A stretch of DNA of 61,009 nucleotides, counting the filler, from Stramenopiles sp. TOSAG23-6 (taxonomy: Eukaryota), in the NCBI GenBank assembly GCA_900128565.1. It is 14 parts of 14 records of this genome, joined end to end, with 100 filler letters (N's around TTAATTAATTAA, not from the genome) between each part and the next. Parts side by side here need not be neighbours in the genome. Positions count along the whole stretch, not along the records: positions 30,651 to 34,908 come from LT637212.1; positions 35,009 to 39,266 come from LT637213.1; positions 39,367 to 43,616 come from LT637214.1; 11 more parts are not named here. One strand, written 5' to 3'. Shown here in pieces: positions 32,089 through 43,616 of this stretch. The position numbers and the translations under genes are program-made. Position 1 is the stretch's first letter. The number at the start of each line of letters is the position of its first letter. The notes under the pieces were generated by a model. That model was not told the DNA's origin, did no database searches, and saw nothing but the letters and a program-made list of their open reading frames with translations.

Positions 32089-34908
32089 TTACAATTTTCC
32101 TTTATTTTTCATGGTAACTACTGTATTCCATTCATCTGTACCTGGACATAATCTATGGTAACCTATTGAGGCTGTTGACGTACTTACATCAGAGTGACAC
32201 ATACCTGCTTTTGGCATTTCCCCAAAAGGGCGAGGTATTTCTCCATGTAATACATCAACAATATCTCGTGCCAAATTCATTCCAATTGCTGCTTCACTCG
32301 CTCTTCGAGACTTGCGTTGTCCCTTACGGCGAATCGCCCATTTGTATAATAAATTTCGGTTGAATGGCATAGGTGCAAGTAATCCTATAGTATCCTTTAT
32401 CAAGGCTGACTTAATTCGCTTATCCAAATCATTTTCAATACCAAATGATGGTGAGGCATTCACTTCAAGTAACCATGGTCGAAGTGAAGAATCAATAATT
32501 ATATCATAACCATACACTTCGAAACAATTTGGTTGGTGTTTGATTAAATCATCAGCACAAACTAGTGACTTTAAAATCAATATATGTATATTTTTCTGTA
32601 ACTTTTGTGTATCAATATTTAATTTTTCTAGGCGTTGTAAGAGGAAACTATATGAAAGTTTACTTCCTCCTACTTCTGAGGATGGTGCAGTCATAAGAGG
32701 TGTACATGATATTGTGCTACGGTTTTGATAAAAGCTTTCAGTATTTTTCGATTCTTTTGTCCTTATCTCCGGTTTTTGTTGTACCGATGAATTTGTAAGA
32801 TGCATTCGAAGATCTTTGAGGTAATCCCTATTTATTGGTTCCTCAGAGTCGTCTGGATCTTCGTTACCAATTTTATACTTGACCGTTGACATTCTCGCAA
32901 AGCCTTCTGTGTAGATAAAAGCCTCTAGGGGTTGGAATGATGTAACAAGTACATATAATCTCAGATCGAATTTGTATCCATCAATCAGTAATGGTTCATC
33001 AATATATTGCTGTACCACATGTATTTTGGAAAAATATTTCAAAATATTTTTTGTTAGGTACAAACTTTCGTACGAAAAAAAAATCATACAAAAAAAAACA
33101 TACAGCTGCCTCGGAATAGCGTAGTGTTGGACTATCTGTAATTCTAATTCCTCTTCCACGACTCATCAGTGCGGGCTTGACAATCCAAAGATTTTGTCTT
33201 GTAACATTTACACTGCTAGCGTTTGAACGTTTATCGTCCATCACATGTTGTGAATGGATTAATTGATCCTTTCGCTCAAAAAATGCTTTTGTAAATGCGT
33301 TATATTCTGTGGGTAAAATAAATGTGGGTGGCTGTATCGAAAAAGTAGATAATACACCCCCCATTTTCCAATATCTCGCAAGTGTTTTACACAATAAATC
33401 TTTTCTTGTCAGGCAACGAGCACCAACAAAGCGATGAACACGTTGCCAAGGCAAAAGTTGATCAAATGCAAGACGTGGTTCCTGGAAACACCACAAGATA
33501 TTCCAAGCCATCCGAGAACTATACGGTGTGCTCAAAGAAGTCATTGATTTAGCAGACATACTTTTGTAAGTATTGTATGTCTTAGTGTCATCTTTAGGGT
33601 CGGTCTTGAATTTAAACTCACGAGTAGACTCATCTGGAAGCTCCCGCATTCCTAGTGCATTAAACTGCTCATGTACTAGACTATATACTTCAGATTTTCG
33701 TTTCGATACAACAAACCATAGTTGTTGATTACCCAACTTTTTCGATAAATTCATCATTTTATTATTGTAATGGTATCTATTATGCTTACTTTCGTCGTTT
33801 GTCGTTTTATTTAGATTATGCAAAAACTTTACACTACTCAGAGATTCTTCGCCATTATCTTTGGAGTAAAATTCATTATATCCACCGCTAACTCGAATAC
33901 TACAAAATTTATTGTAACTTTTCAAAGAGGATTCGCTTGCCCATGGCTTATACGTATTCTCTATACTATTCCATATCTTTAATAATTCCCTTTCAGCACT
34001 TTCGCTATGCCGTCGACTAGTCTGTTTATTCTGGCCTTGTTTTAAATTTTTCATCAATAATGAGGGGCGGAGCAACTCGATTTCATTAGGCCAAAGTTTT
34101 GAAAGTGGAATAATGTAATTGTCACTATCATAATCTATTTTATCTTTCTGTGTATCATTCTTGACGTTTTTAGTGAATAAAATATCTTTGCTGATTATCA
34201 TGCGTTTTGGTGGTAACTTATCAAAATTTGTCACACGTTTTATCGCATTTTCGTCATTAGAACCTACTACATTCCCTATTGTCACTTGATTACTTATACC
34301 ATCATTTTCATCTAGAATGAAAGATCCAGAAGGTGCGAAATTTGCGCCTCGCTTATCATCAGTATTCAATGTACTTACAGCATGCAATTTATCCTTACTA
34401 TCGCTTTGGTTCACCTCAATTGAATGAGGTTCATGTAGAAATTGTTCTTCATTCTTATTTATTTCACAACATTCATCATCTTCAAGGTTACCCTCTTCAT
34501 TCTTATTTATTTCACCACATTCATCATCTTCAAGGTTACCCTCCGGAGTCCAACCATCGTACCAATCATCAACTTCAGATTCTTCTTTGTCGCAGAATTC
34601 AATATTTGTTTGATCTAATTCTATGATAGGATCTTTTTGTACACTTGAGCTATCATTTATATGTTTATCGAGTTCAACTACTGTATTATTATTCGTACTA
34701 TTTGATTCATCCAATTCTATCATAGGATTATTTTGTGCATTTATATTTTCATGATGCTCAATTACTGTATTATTATTCGAGCTATTTGATTCATCTGATT
34801 CAATGATGGGATTATTTTGTGCATTTATATTTTTATGATGCTCAATTACTATCTTATTATTCGAGCTATTTGATTCATCTGATTCAATGATGGGATTATT
34901 TTGTGCAT
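32089..34908 (-). CDS. tubulin-tyrosine ligase-like (TTLL) polyglutamylase; exons <34908-33104 and 33018-32089
   Basis: LTRKDLL, WIVKPALMSRGRGI, VVQQYIDEPLLIDGYKFDLRLYVLVTS, MHLTNSSVQ, CFEVYGYDII, PWLLEVNASPS. Confidence 0.93.
33019..33103 (-). mobile_element. family intron GT...CAT (85 nt)
   Basis: gca gct|GTATGT...AAAATACAT|gtg gta cag gives YSEAAVVQQYI. Confidence 0.88.
34660..34908. repeat. 84-bp coding tandem repeat in TTLL N-terminus
   Basis: GGATTATTTTGTGCAT recurs at 34725, 34809 and 34893. Confidence 0.8.
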
Positions 34909-35052
34909 NNNNNNNNNNNNNNNNNNNNNNNNNNNNNNNNNNNNNNNNNNNNTTAATTAATTAANNNNNNNNNNNNNNNNNNNNNNNNNNNNNNNNNNNN
35001 NNNNNNNNTAATTAACGGATCATTTTTCGTTGCTCCAGTCCCATTGATTGAT

Positions 35053-36924
35053 TTACAAATCTAGGTGATCTACATCCTGTACATGTATCATTACATTTGA
35101 AAACAGGGCATCCTGCAACCCTTCTGATAATTCGTTCTCAAAAATATAGAGATGTTCTACTTTCAAATCCCAAGGATAATCTTTAAATTCACCATCAATT
35201 TGATTATGCCTTAAATTCAGATGTTCAATTTCGTGAGAAAAAAATCCAGCGAAACTTTCCAATTTATTATGAGACAAATTCACGAGTTCGTAAGATTTTA
35301 TTGGCAATCCATGCACCGTCAGCATATTAAGTTCATAATAGTTAACTGAATCGCTGCAAATAATGTTATCCAATTTAGGCAGTGTCGGAAATCCAACAAA
35401 ATTCTTCATGTGCCCACGGGTTATTTTAAAAGTATCTAGTTTGTTAAGCAAATTAGGCAAACCAATGAAACTTGAAATTTGTGAATTTTGTATTTCAAGC
35501 GAAGTAAGATGTTCCATTTGTTCTGGAAATCCGACTAAACTTTTAATCAAGGAACCATCAATTCTCAATGTTTGCAGATGTTGTAATCCTGAAAGTAGAG
35601 AAAGTTCACGAAGCCTTTTTCGGGGTAAGCACATATCGTCAAATTCATATAGACCACCATCAGCACCAAAATATTTACCACCAAAATCCTTAATTAGTTT
35701 CGCAACCTTTTTCGATTTCTTGCCAATTGCAAGACCCATATCTTTCAAGAAATCTTCCTCACTTGATTCAAGTAAGGGTTGAAGATGTCTGAAGAGAGGG
35801 CATATTCCACCTTCAAAATGTGGATCATCTGCAGCTTTCTCTGAAAATCTCTTGAGCAATACTTTTTTAGACATCACCTCGAGAAGAACCGACGACGCCC
35901 TCGAACTTATAAGATAATCACACATATGAAATAATGTTTTAGAGTCAAATTCCCAAATGAAACTATTGAACAGATCCCCATGTATCTCTTCTTTCGTACT
36001 TAATAAATAAGCATGTTCAATCATGCTTGCTCCAAAACNATGAAAGGACAACGCTTGTTCCTTTAATTTTATCAGGATGTNACGTACATCATCGAATTCC
36101 GGATACCTTTCATGACATACATCACTTTCATATAAATAGTATTGCGCGANTTCCACNGAGATAAAAGGTTGTGCATTTTCTAGTAACCATTTTGCATTTT
36201 CCAGATAACGATCTGTATCATCCAGACCTGCATCNTGTAAAAACAATTTCGCCTTGTCATCATTACCTTTTTGATGTGATAATTTGACCAATTTTTCATT
36301 AACACAACGTGTTCCAATATTATTCTCGAGGTATTTTTCAGGAGGTAGCTGATGCGGATAAACTTTTCTCAAAATAGCCTCAGCGGCAGGCTTAAAAAGT
36401 GTCCCCCTTTTATCATCAAAAATATGGAACAATCTACTGACACTTTCATCATTGAAGCAAGAAAGCAATATTCTTCTGATATTCACCATACCGAAGAAGT
36501 CAGAGGCATTTAGTAAGTTTAAACATGTCGAAAAATTGCCTTTTGAAGAAAGTAACTGTTTTACCGCTTCGACTGATTCCTTCTCCATCTTTTCTTTTAT
36601 CTCAAATAAAAATTGAATTGTCTCAGACGTTTGTGGTACTGGAATATCCTGTGAACAGTCAAATTCACCGAGTTCAGATAGTTCAGTTACATCCCATGAT
36701 ACCACTACTCGCTTTTCGTCAGAACATAGGAATGTAACTTTATCATTTTCTGACTCATGTTTTTGTCTTTTGCTGGCGCGAAAAGTACTCTCAGTCCCAG
36801 ATACATTATCCGCCTCCCCTCGCCAAGAAGATTGATCAGCTCCTCGCGAGGAATGTATTTGGGAGTAAATGATGGTTGCTGTAAGTAATAGTAGCAACTT
36901 CATATTTCGTTTTTTTCCTTGCAT
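35053..36924 (-). CDS. signal-peptide protein with Skp1/BTB-like domain and C-terminal LRRs
   Basis: MKLLLLLTATIIY; VTFLCSDEKRVVVS..LNLLNASDFFGM; LQHLQTLRID, LTSLEIQNSQI, VNLSHNKL, LNLRHNQI. Confidence 0.75.
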   Translation of the reverse strand: MQGKKRNMKLLLLLTATIIYSQIHSSRGADQSSWRGEADNVSGTESTFRASKRQKHESENDKVTFLCSDEKRVVVSWDVTELSELGEFDCSQDIPVPQTSETIQFLFEIKEKMEKESVEAVKQLLSSKGNFSTCLNLLNASDFFGMVNIRRILLSCFNDESVSRLFHIFDDKRGTLFKPAAEAILRKVYPHQLPPEKYLENNIGTRCVNEKLVKLSHQKGNDDKAKLFLXDAGLDDTDRYLENAKWLLENAQPFIXVEXAQYYLYESDVCHERYPEFDDVRXILIKLKEQALSFHXFGASMIEHAYLLSTKEEIHGDLFNSFIWEFDSKTLFHMCDYLISSRASSVLLEVMSKKVLLKRFSEKAADDPHFEGGICPLFRHLQPLLESSEEDFLKDMGLAIGKKSKKVAKLIKDFGGKYFGADGGLYEFDDMCLPRKRLRELSLLSGLQHLQTLRIDGSLIKSLVGFPEQMEHLTSLEIQNSQISSFIGLPNLLNKLDTFKITRGHMKNFVGFPTLPKLDNIICSDSVNYYELNMLTVHGLPIKSYELVNLSHNKLESFAGFFSHEIEHLNLRHNQIDGEFKDYPWDLKVEHLYIFENELSEGLQDALFSNVMIHVQDVDHLDL

Positions 36925-36982
36925 AGAACTACTAAGAGGGTAGGTAGACCGTCGGCGTTGCTAAATTTTTTTTAAAATGACG

Positions 36983-37001
36983 CTGACTCTCGCTCACTCG
37001 T
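36983..37001. promoter_or_regulatory. second copy of candidate upstream motif
   Basis: CTGACTCTCGCTCACTCGT. Confidence 0.35.
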
Positions 37002-37208
37002 AATTACGATTACCCGGTACCAACATTTTTTGGAGCGCATCAAGCGTTGAATCATGGTACATAGAAAATGCCACAATGTCATTATCTTTTTAATACTGTT
37101 TGTTTGGGTTGAACTACACATTGAATATTTCTTTTTATATTTCATTTTATTTTCTATACAGTTTGATTCTCTAGCAAGCTACAAAAAAAAAAAACTAACT
37201 CCATCAGA

Positions 37209-37478
37209 TTAAAACCAACGCATCATCCTGCTTAATATACTATTCGACGTATTTACAGTTTCCCTTGTTGCATCACACTCGACTTTTGCACATTCTAAAG
37301 ATTCTCTCTGCTCTTTAAGTTCCTGCAAAACATATTGAGCTGTATCAGTTGTACTTTTTACAGTATTCATCATTTCGTTCAAACGATTCTGTTGTTCTAA
37401 TAGTTTCTCTTTATTCGCCGATAACCGCTTATCATTTCTACTTGTATTGCTGTTGCTTTCATGTTTTCTAGGTGTCAT
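37209..37478 (-). CDS. small SNARE-motif coiled-coil protein without TM
   Basis: TTDTAQYVLQELKEQRESL..VNTSNSILSRM resembles a Q-SNARE heptad. Confidence 0.55.
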   Translation of the reverse strand: MTPRKHESNSNTSRNDKRLSANKEKLLEQQNRLNEMMNTVKSTTDTAQYVLQELKEQRESLECAKVECDATRETVNTSNSILSRMMRWF

Positions 37479-37765
37479 TCTTTAGTTGGAAGACATAAAG
37501 CACCCTTTTTTTGATTCCAGATTCTTCACTATTTTTGCCTTGTCTCATGAGTCATATTCCTCAGTAACTACTGGAAAAAACCTCAGGTAACCAGGTTCAA
37601 CAACACGATTTTTTTTTGTTTTTTTGATGTTTCTGGCCATCAATTTAAATTAAATTTTAATCAATCACACAATGTCATTCGTTCGTTTGTTGCACATGTG
37701 TGTCAATCCACTTTACAAGTACTAACTTTGAATTGTATTCTTTATAGACTTATTACTCCTTTAAA

Positions 37766-39199
37766 ATGCAACACTTTCTAACTTTCATTGTTTACGCCTC
37801 CATCATTCAAGGAACATTTTCATGCACTAATTATATGGTTACCAGAGGTGCATCAAATGATAATAGTACCATTGTGGCGTACAATTCTGATGGGTTTTCT
37901 CTATTTGGGTATCTTAAACACTTGCCAGCACAAGAATATGTCCCAGGAACTTTACGTGATGTGTATGACTTTACAAGTGGCAAATTTTTGGGTTCAATTC
38001 CAGAAGTATCGGCTACGTATAATGTGGTTGGTAACACAAATTCGGAAGGCCTTTCGATAGCAGAAACAACTTTTGATGGAATCGAAAAACTTGCAGAACC
38101 ATTTCCTGGATCCATACTTGACTATTATTCTTTAATGTGGATCACTCTTCAACGTACAAAAACTGCTCGTGAAGCAATCGCGACTATGGACATTTTAACT
38201 AGTAAATATGGATATGCGTCGACCGGAGAGTCATTTTCAATAGCAGATACGAAAGAAGTTTGGATCATGGAAATGATTGGTCGTGGGTTACATGAAAAAG
38301 GTACTGTTTGGGTGGCTAGAAAAATTCCTAATGGCGCCATCTCCGGCCATGCAAATCAGGCACGTATAGAATCCTTTCCTCTCAATTCCACAGATACTCT
38401 TTATTCTTCTGATATTTTTGAATTTTCTAAAAGGAACAATCTCACTGCACAAAATCTACCCAATTCAGAATTTAACTTTGCTCAAACATGTATGCTTTAT
38501 TTTTTTTTGGTATGAATTTTTTTTTCATACGAAATTTTGTACCTAACATTTTTTTTTTGAAATATTTTTTCAGAATACATTTGACCCTATCACCTCAATT
38601 GGTGCACGCGCATGTGACCTTAGGGTATGGAATTTTTTTCGTTTAGCTCTAGGCAAACAAAAAGGCAGAAAATTTGCAGATAAATATCTCGAATATGTGA
38701 AAGGTTACAATTTAAGTAGACGAATGCCTCTATGTATGTNGTATTTTTTTTTTAACAAAAAAATCGAATTTATTTTTCGTACGAAAATTTGTACCTAACA
38801 AATTTAAGTTTTTTTTTTTTGAAATATTTTTCAAAAATACATACGTACAAGTTGGTAATAATAAAGTGAGTGTCAATGATACGATGTGGGCGATGAGAGA
38901 TCGATATCAAAACACGTGGTTTGATCAAAGTGGTCGTGATAAGCCCGACATTAGTGCAGGGCCATTCCATTCCCTAGTAAGAACAAGACCTTTAGCATTT
39001 GAATTGGGACAAAAAAAATATTCATTCGAAAGGAATGTATGTTTTATTTTTTTTTTTTTTGTATGAATTTATTTTTTATAGTAAATTTTGTACCTAACAA
39101 ATTTTAGGGTTTTTTTTTTGAAATATTTTTCCAAAATACATGTTGGTTATCAAGGAACTTTTTTCAACTTTGTTGCCAATAGTCGTGGTCATTTTAAAT
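37766..39199 (+). CDS. peptidase C69 (dipeptidase/secernin); exons 37766-38489, 38581-38733, 38843-39036, 39142-39199, 3' partial
   Basis: signal peptide then catalytic C (SCTNYMVT), ETTFDG, ALQR-like ITLQRTKTAREAI, GESFSIAD, HANQARI; spliced FAQTFDP..LRVWNFF, RMPLYV, FERNVGYQGTFFNFVA. Confidence 0.9.
38490..38580 (+). mobile_element. family intron GT...CAT (91 nt)
   Basis: aca t|GTATGC...CAGAATACAT|tt gac; using the internal CAG would create TAA. Confidence 0.88.
38734..38842 (+). mobile_element. family intron GT...CAT (109 nt)
   Basis: cta t|GTATGT...AAAATACAT|ac gta, in frame. Confidence 0.88.
39037..39141 (+). mobile_element. family intron GT...CAT (105 nt)
   Basis: agg aat|GTATGT...AAAATACAT|gtt ggt, in frame. 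Confidence 0.88.
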
Positions 39200-39266
39200 G
39201 TATGTTTTATGTTTTTTCAAATTCGATTTTTTTTTCGTACGAAATTTCGTACCTAACGATTTTTTT
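39200..39266 (+). mobile_element. family intron, truncated
   Basis: aaa t|GTATGTTTT...TTCGTACGAAATTTCGTACCTAACG. Confidence 0.8.
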
Positions 39267-39553
39267 NNNNNNNNNNNNNNNNNNNNNNNNNNNNNNNNNN
39301 NNNNNNNNNNTTAATTAATTAANNNNNNNNNNNNNNNNNNNNNNNNNNNNNNNNNNNNNNNNNNNNTTTTTGCATTATCAATACATTCTCGAATTTTTTT
39401 GTGTCACTCAGATGCTAGTCGTTACCCGGTAATTTGCCTGGCATGCATCAATCTGACCGCGTGCCGCCGCAGCGACAACTGAAACACACAAACTTGTGCG
39501 AGCGTCTTCTTTTCGTCTTCTCCAAAGCACACATCAAGAAAGTCATAAACAAA

Positions 39554-40078
39554 ATGGTGGAAATTCTAGGAAAGAAAGCTGACCCAAAGAAGGGATTAAA
39601 AATTTTCAAGACCAAATGTTCCCAGTGCCACGTTGCTGATCATGTAAGTTATTTTTGAAAATATTTTCATTGGTTGAAATTGTTTTTATGTTTTCCATCT
39701 TCTGACCCTCTCCATGTTGTCAACTGGCTACTTCGATATCCAGTTCATTTGGGATGAATTTTCGTGGAACACCCTTGCATATTATATCCCATAAAAGCTA
39801 ACTTTGTCATATACTTATATTTCTCCAAATTACAGGCAGGTGTAAATAAGCAGGGACCTAACCTTCACGGACTTATTGGCCGCCACTCTGGTTCTGTCGA
39901 TGGTTTCTCTTATTCCAAGGCTAACAAAGACTCTGGAGTAACGTGGGATCACAAGACCTTATTTGACTACCTCAAAGCACCAAAGAAGTTTATGCCAGGA
40001 ACTAAGATGGTTTTTGCTGGACTTAAGAAAGCTAGTGATCGTCGTAACTTAATCGCATACCTTGACTCACAAAAATAA
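39554..40078 (+). CDS. CYC: cytochrome c; exons 39554-39643 and 39836-40078, canonical GT-AG intron (copies at +4350 and +8700)
   Basis: CSQCH heme motif, [35 protein letters not shown]...CTAAC...TTACAG. Confidence 0.97.
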
Positions 40079-40303
40079 ATTGCTGAAGTGGGTTACGTTT
40101 TATATCTGTCTGTTACCCCTTCTTGTATACTTGGTGGGTCAATACAGATACAATATCAATAACAGTTAATGTAAGCAAAATAATATTTTTTCTAGTTTTA
40201 TATAAGAGCATTATTCTCAAAAATAAACGTCGTTCTAGAAATTTATAAGGATTTTGGATTTGTATATCCAAATTTGGAAATCTTGAACGTTTGAGAAAGA
40301 ACT

Positions 40304-41262
40304 TCATTGAAGTATGAATCTATTCCATCCACCACCAACCAAAACCTTAAGCCTCCCTGTATGACGCAAAACACGTAATATTTCTTTACCCATTCCGCGT
40401 CCTGAGTTGTTAAAGGGAGCATCCGTGCGTATAAGATCTTTCGCCACGAAAAAATACTGTTTTTCTGTTTCCTGTATTTCAGAATTTTTCTGTTCCATAA
40501 AATTTCTGTACAATTCTGATAACTTCCTGCTCATTTTGCGAGGATCTCGTTCTAGGAAATCATACTTGCGCTTAATGAGTTTGTTCAAATGTGCCACAGC
40601 CTCATTCACCTTTGAAAGCTTTACTCGGCCCCTGAGGCATTTTGGAACATCATCTAGTTCTGTTGTCGTCACAAAATTTATGACCTTTATACTTCTTGAA
40701 GGTTTATCAGGCAATACTTTATTACATTCCTGTGTATTACGGTTATTGCTTTGAGCTGGGTGGTGCAAGGTATTATAGTCGTTTTCCGTATCTATACCAC
40801 TATTTCCTACTTGACTATTAGAGTCGCTGTTTTGACGAGCACTCGGTAAAAATTTTGGCAAACTTTCGCGTATCTTAATGAGATACTCCTGTTGTTCTTT
40901 ACCATCCTCATAGACCCGTTGAAGTGTGGCGATGTTTTCTTTTTCTAATTTAATCTGTTCGTGAATGTTTTTTGTGCGTCGTTCGGCAGCACCAAGCGCA
41001 CCTGAGAGATGCTGCAATTGAATATGACTTGCTGACCCAACTTTAAGTTTCGCGATATATATATATGTATGAAAATTAAGTGTGTTGCATTTTTAAACTT
41101 TAGTGAATGCTATTGATATTAAATATTTTACTTACCATCTATATCGTGTACATCAGAAATCTCTCTCAGAGTTTCAAGGTGTTGCGTAAGTGAACTTACC
41201 AAAGTCTCAAACGACTTTGTTAGCGATGTGGTTTTTGCCTGTTGACTACGAACGCTTTCCAT
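40304..41262 (-). CDS. SKA1: kinetochore protein SKA1; exons 41262-41136 and 41040-40304, GT-AG intron (copies at +4350 and +8700)
   Basis: coiled coil plus FVTTTELDDVPKCLRGRVKLSKVNEAV..KYDFL..ILRVLRHTGRL microtubule-binding domain. Confidence 0.8.
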
Positions 41263-41733
41263 GTAGATTAACGATTGTGAAAGGGAAGCGTATATAAAGT
41301 GTGTGGTTGATGAACCCAATAATGTCTGGGAGGGTAGTGAAAAGACAGAAAGACTATCAAATAATTCAATACTATATATTCAATATTGTCGCTTTGTGTG
41401 GGAGTTCAAAAACAAAGAGAAATTGAAATTCAAGTTCAAAATGTTCAAAATTTATCTTGAATTTTTGAAGACACGACAACTCGAACTCAAAAAGGGAAAA
41501 AGCACGAAATCCTTTGGCTTTATTGGAGCCTTGAAGTTGAACTCTACATTGAAATTGCATAGCTTTAGTTAGTGCAAAGTAGAGGATACAAAAACACATA
41601 CTATTGCCATATTTTACTCACAATTATCTTGCTTCATAATTTTCGGGATAATTTTCTTCTATATATTCAGAGACAATGAGCCAGTGTTGACGTAGAAATG
41701 TTCATTTATTGTTGATGAAACTACAAATTAACT

Positions 41734-42264
41734 TTAAAGTTCAGCATGGGCAGACCCTGGTTCTCCTTCACAACTTTTAATATCATTTTCTTGTAGTTGA
41801 GTCCATTTTTGAGTATCAATTTCATATTCCCACATACCTGCTTCACCGCAAAGTTTCATTAGGCTGGTTCCTCCACGCCGGTGGTTTCCCCACATAATAG
41901 TTGTACCACCGAATATAATCATTTTGTTACCAACTACACTTGCACTATGGAAAGCACGATATGGAGGCCATGCTGCTCCAGGTTGCTTGATGATTTGTTT
42001 CCACTTCTTCGTTGCGATTTCATATTCATATAAATCTTTATTCAAGAGACCACCTGAATAGTCCCAAGTGGAAAATGAATCACGCCAGACATACCCTGGA
42101 GTACCACTATATCCTCCATACATAATCAGCTTCGTGTTACCTGATGTCACCACAGTTGTGTGACCAAAACGCCTAGAAGGTATTTCATTCTCTTCTCCAC
42201 TTGCAACGTGATAATATATAAGAATATAAGCAACAAGTAATGACTTCATTGTGATCTTTTTCAT
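41734..42264 (-). CDS. secreted/ER kelch-repeat protein (copies at +4350 and +8700)
   Basis: signal peptide, PSRRFGHT..YGG, PPYRAFHSASVVGNKMIIFGG, C-terminal HAEL. Confidence 0.8.
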   Translation of the reverse strand: MKKITMKSLLVAYILIYYHVASGEENEIPSRRFGHTTVVTSGNTKLIMYGGYSGTPGYVWRDSFSTWDYSGGLLNKDLYEYEIATKKWKQIIKQPGAAWPPYRAFHSASVVGNKMIIFGGTTIMWGNHRRGGTSLMKLCGEAGMWEYEIDTQKWTQLQENDIKSCEGEPGSAHAEL

Positions 42265-42480
42265 GTCTACAATTTGTTGAACAAATGAATGAATAATTGT
42301 CTCGTTCAAATCAAAACAGAAATGAGCGTGGGTTTACTAAAAACACGAAATCCTAGCGCGTCGCTCAGACACGAGGTAGCAAAAGTGATTATATTTTTGT
42401 GGTTGCCAACGCGGTCATTCGCGGAGTGTAAATCTCAACACAATTCCAATATTTGTTGAAATTGGGTGAAATTCCATATA

Positions 42481-43527
42481 ATGGGGACCATCAAGGCTGC
42501 CAATAGTGGCATACAGTGTGATAATTTCTGCGACAAAGCCATATCACCTGCTGTATTTTCGTTGACTTCCGCTGCTCAAACTATTCGTAGTGTCATTTTG
42601 AAGAATGGCGCTCTCGTGACGTCACCAAGCATCCGTACAGCTGTTGAGCATTGCCGCGCACTTCTTGAATCGTTTGATTCAGTCTCGACAAAAACTAAAT
42701 ATAAACGCGAACGTGATACGAGGCCGTTGTTTAAAAGTAGAAAGCGTTTATGTACTTCTACCAATATTGGTGTAGGTGGTCGCTCCAATGCCTCTGATAC
42801 TAGTCTGCTGTCACTTCCGAACGTTTTACTGATTCATTCTCTTACTTTTCTTTCCCCAAGAGAGCTTAGTGACATCGCAACAACATCTCGATTATTTTAT
42901 TCTCCAGATTTTCGCAATAGTTATAGTAGCGAATGTAGCAACGGTACGATTAATAAGGGAAAAAAACTCATTCAAGTTGCATGCGAAATTCGGGCCAAAG
43001 CTTGTTTGCCGGTCTTTTTACAGCCCTTACGCCGGACGCACACAAAAACAATTACAAAAACCGTAGTAATAAACTCTTCAGAGAGTTGGGGTGAATGGAT
43101 GTCCAATATTGAATTTATATCAATGATGCGAAAACGACAACACGGTTTAAATACTTTAACTTTAGACGGTGCGAGCGGAGTACATCGCTGTTCTATTATA
43201 GCCAAACCTAACGAAGTCTATACTTACGAAAGCAAAACAAATGAAGATGACAGTTCAGACGAGGATCCTGGCTTCGAAAAAAATACATTTTGCATAGCAA
43301 TGGAAAAAATTACTCAAGTTTCGATAGGTGGTTGTTTCCATACCGCATTAGCAGAGAGTGGTGCTGTATATACGTGGGGAGATGGCGATTATGGCAGACT
43401 TGGTCACGGTGATGAGGTTGATTCCATTGCCCCAAAGATAGTTATGCCACTTCACAATAAAAAAGTGATACGAATATCTGCTGGATTTGAATATACAATG
43501 GCGTTGACAGACAAAGGGGAAGTATAT
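42481..43527 (+). CDS. F-box plus RCC1-repeat protein, exon 1 (copies at +4350 and +8700)
   Basis: LLSLPNVLLIHSLTFLSPREL; HTALAESGAVYTWGDGDYGRLGHG. Confidence 0.8.
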
Positions 43528-43616
43528 GTATGTTTTATTTTTTTTCGAATTCCAATTTTGTTTTCGTACGAAATTTTGTACCTAACGATTTTTTTTTCAA
43601 ATATTTTTCCAAAATA
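43528..43616 (+). mobile_element. family intron, truncated (redundant copies 47878-47966, 52228-52316)
   Basis: gta tat|GTATGTTTTAT...TTCGTACGAAATTTTGTACCTAACG...CCAAAATA. Confidence 0.85.

Noticed and set aside
33019-33103. Ciliate-like DNA IES (short inverted ends, duplicated dinucleotide)
   Set aside because: Full copies are always sense to the host gene, carry GTATGT and CTAAC signals, and the flanking dinucleotides are not always identical. Disfavoured, not formally excluded.
39421-39433. GTTACCCGGTAAT near-palindrome upstream of cytochrome c (similar at about 37010)
   Set aside because: Only two independent short occurrences; insufficient support.
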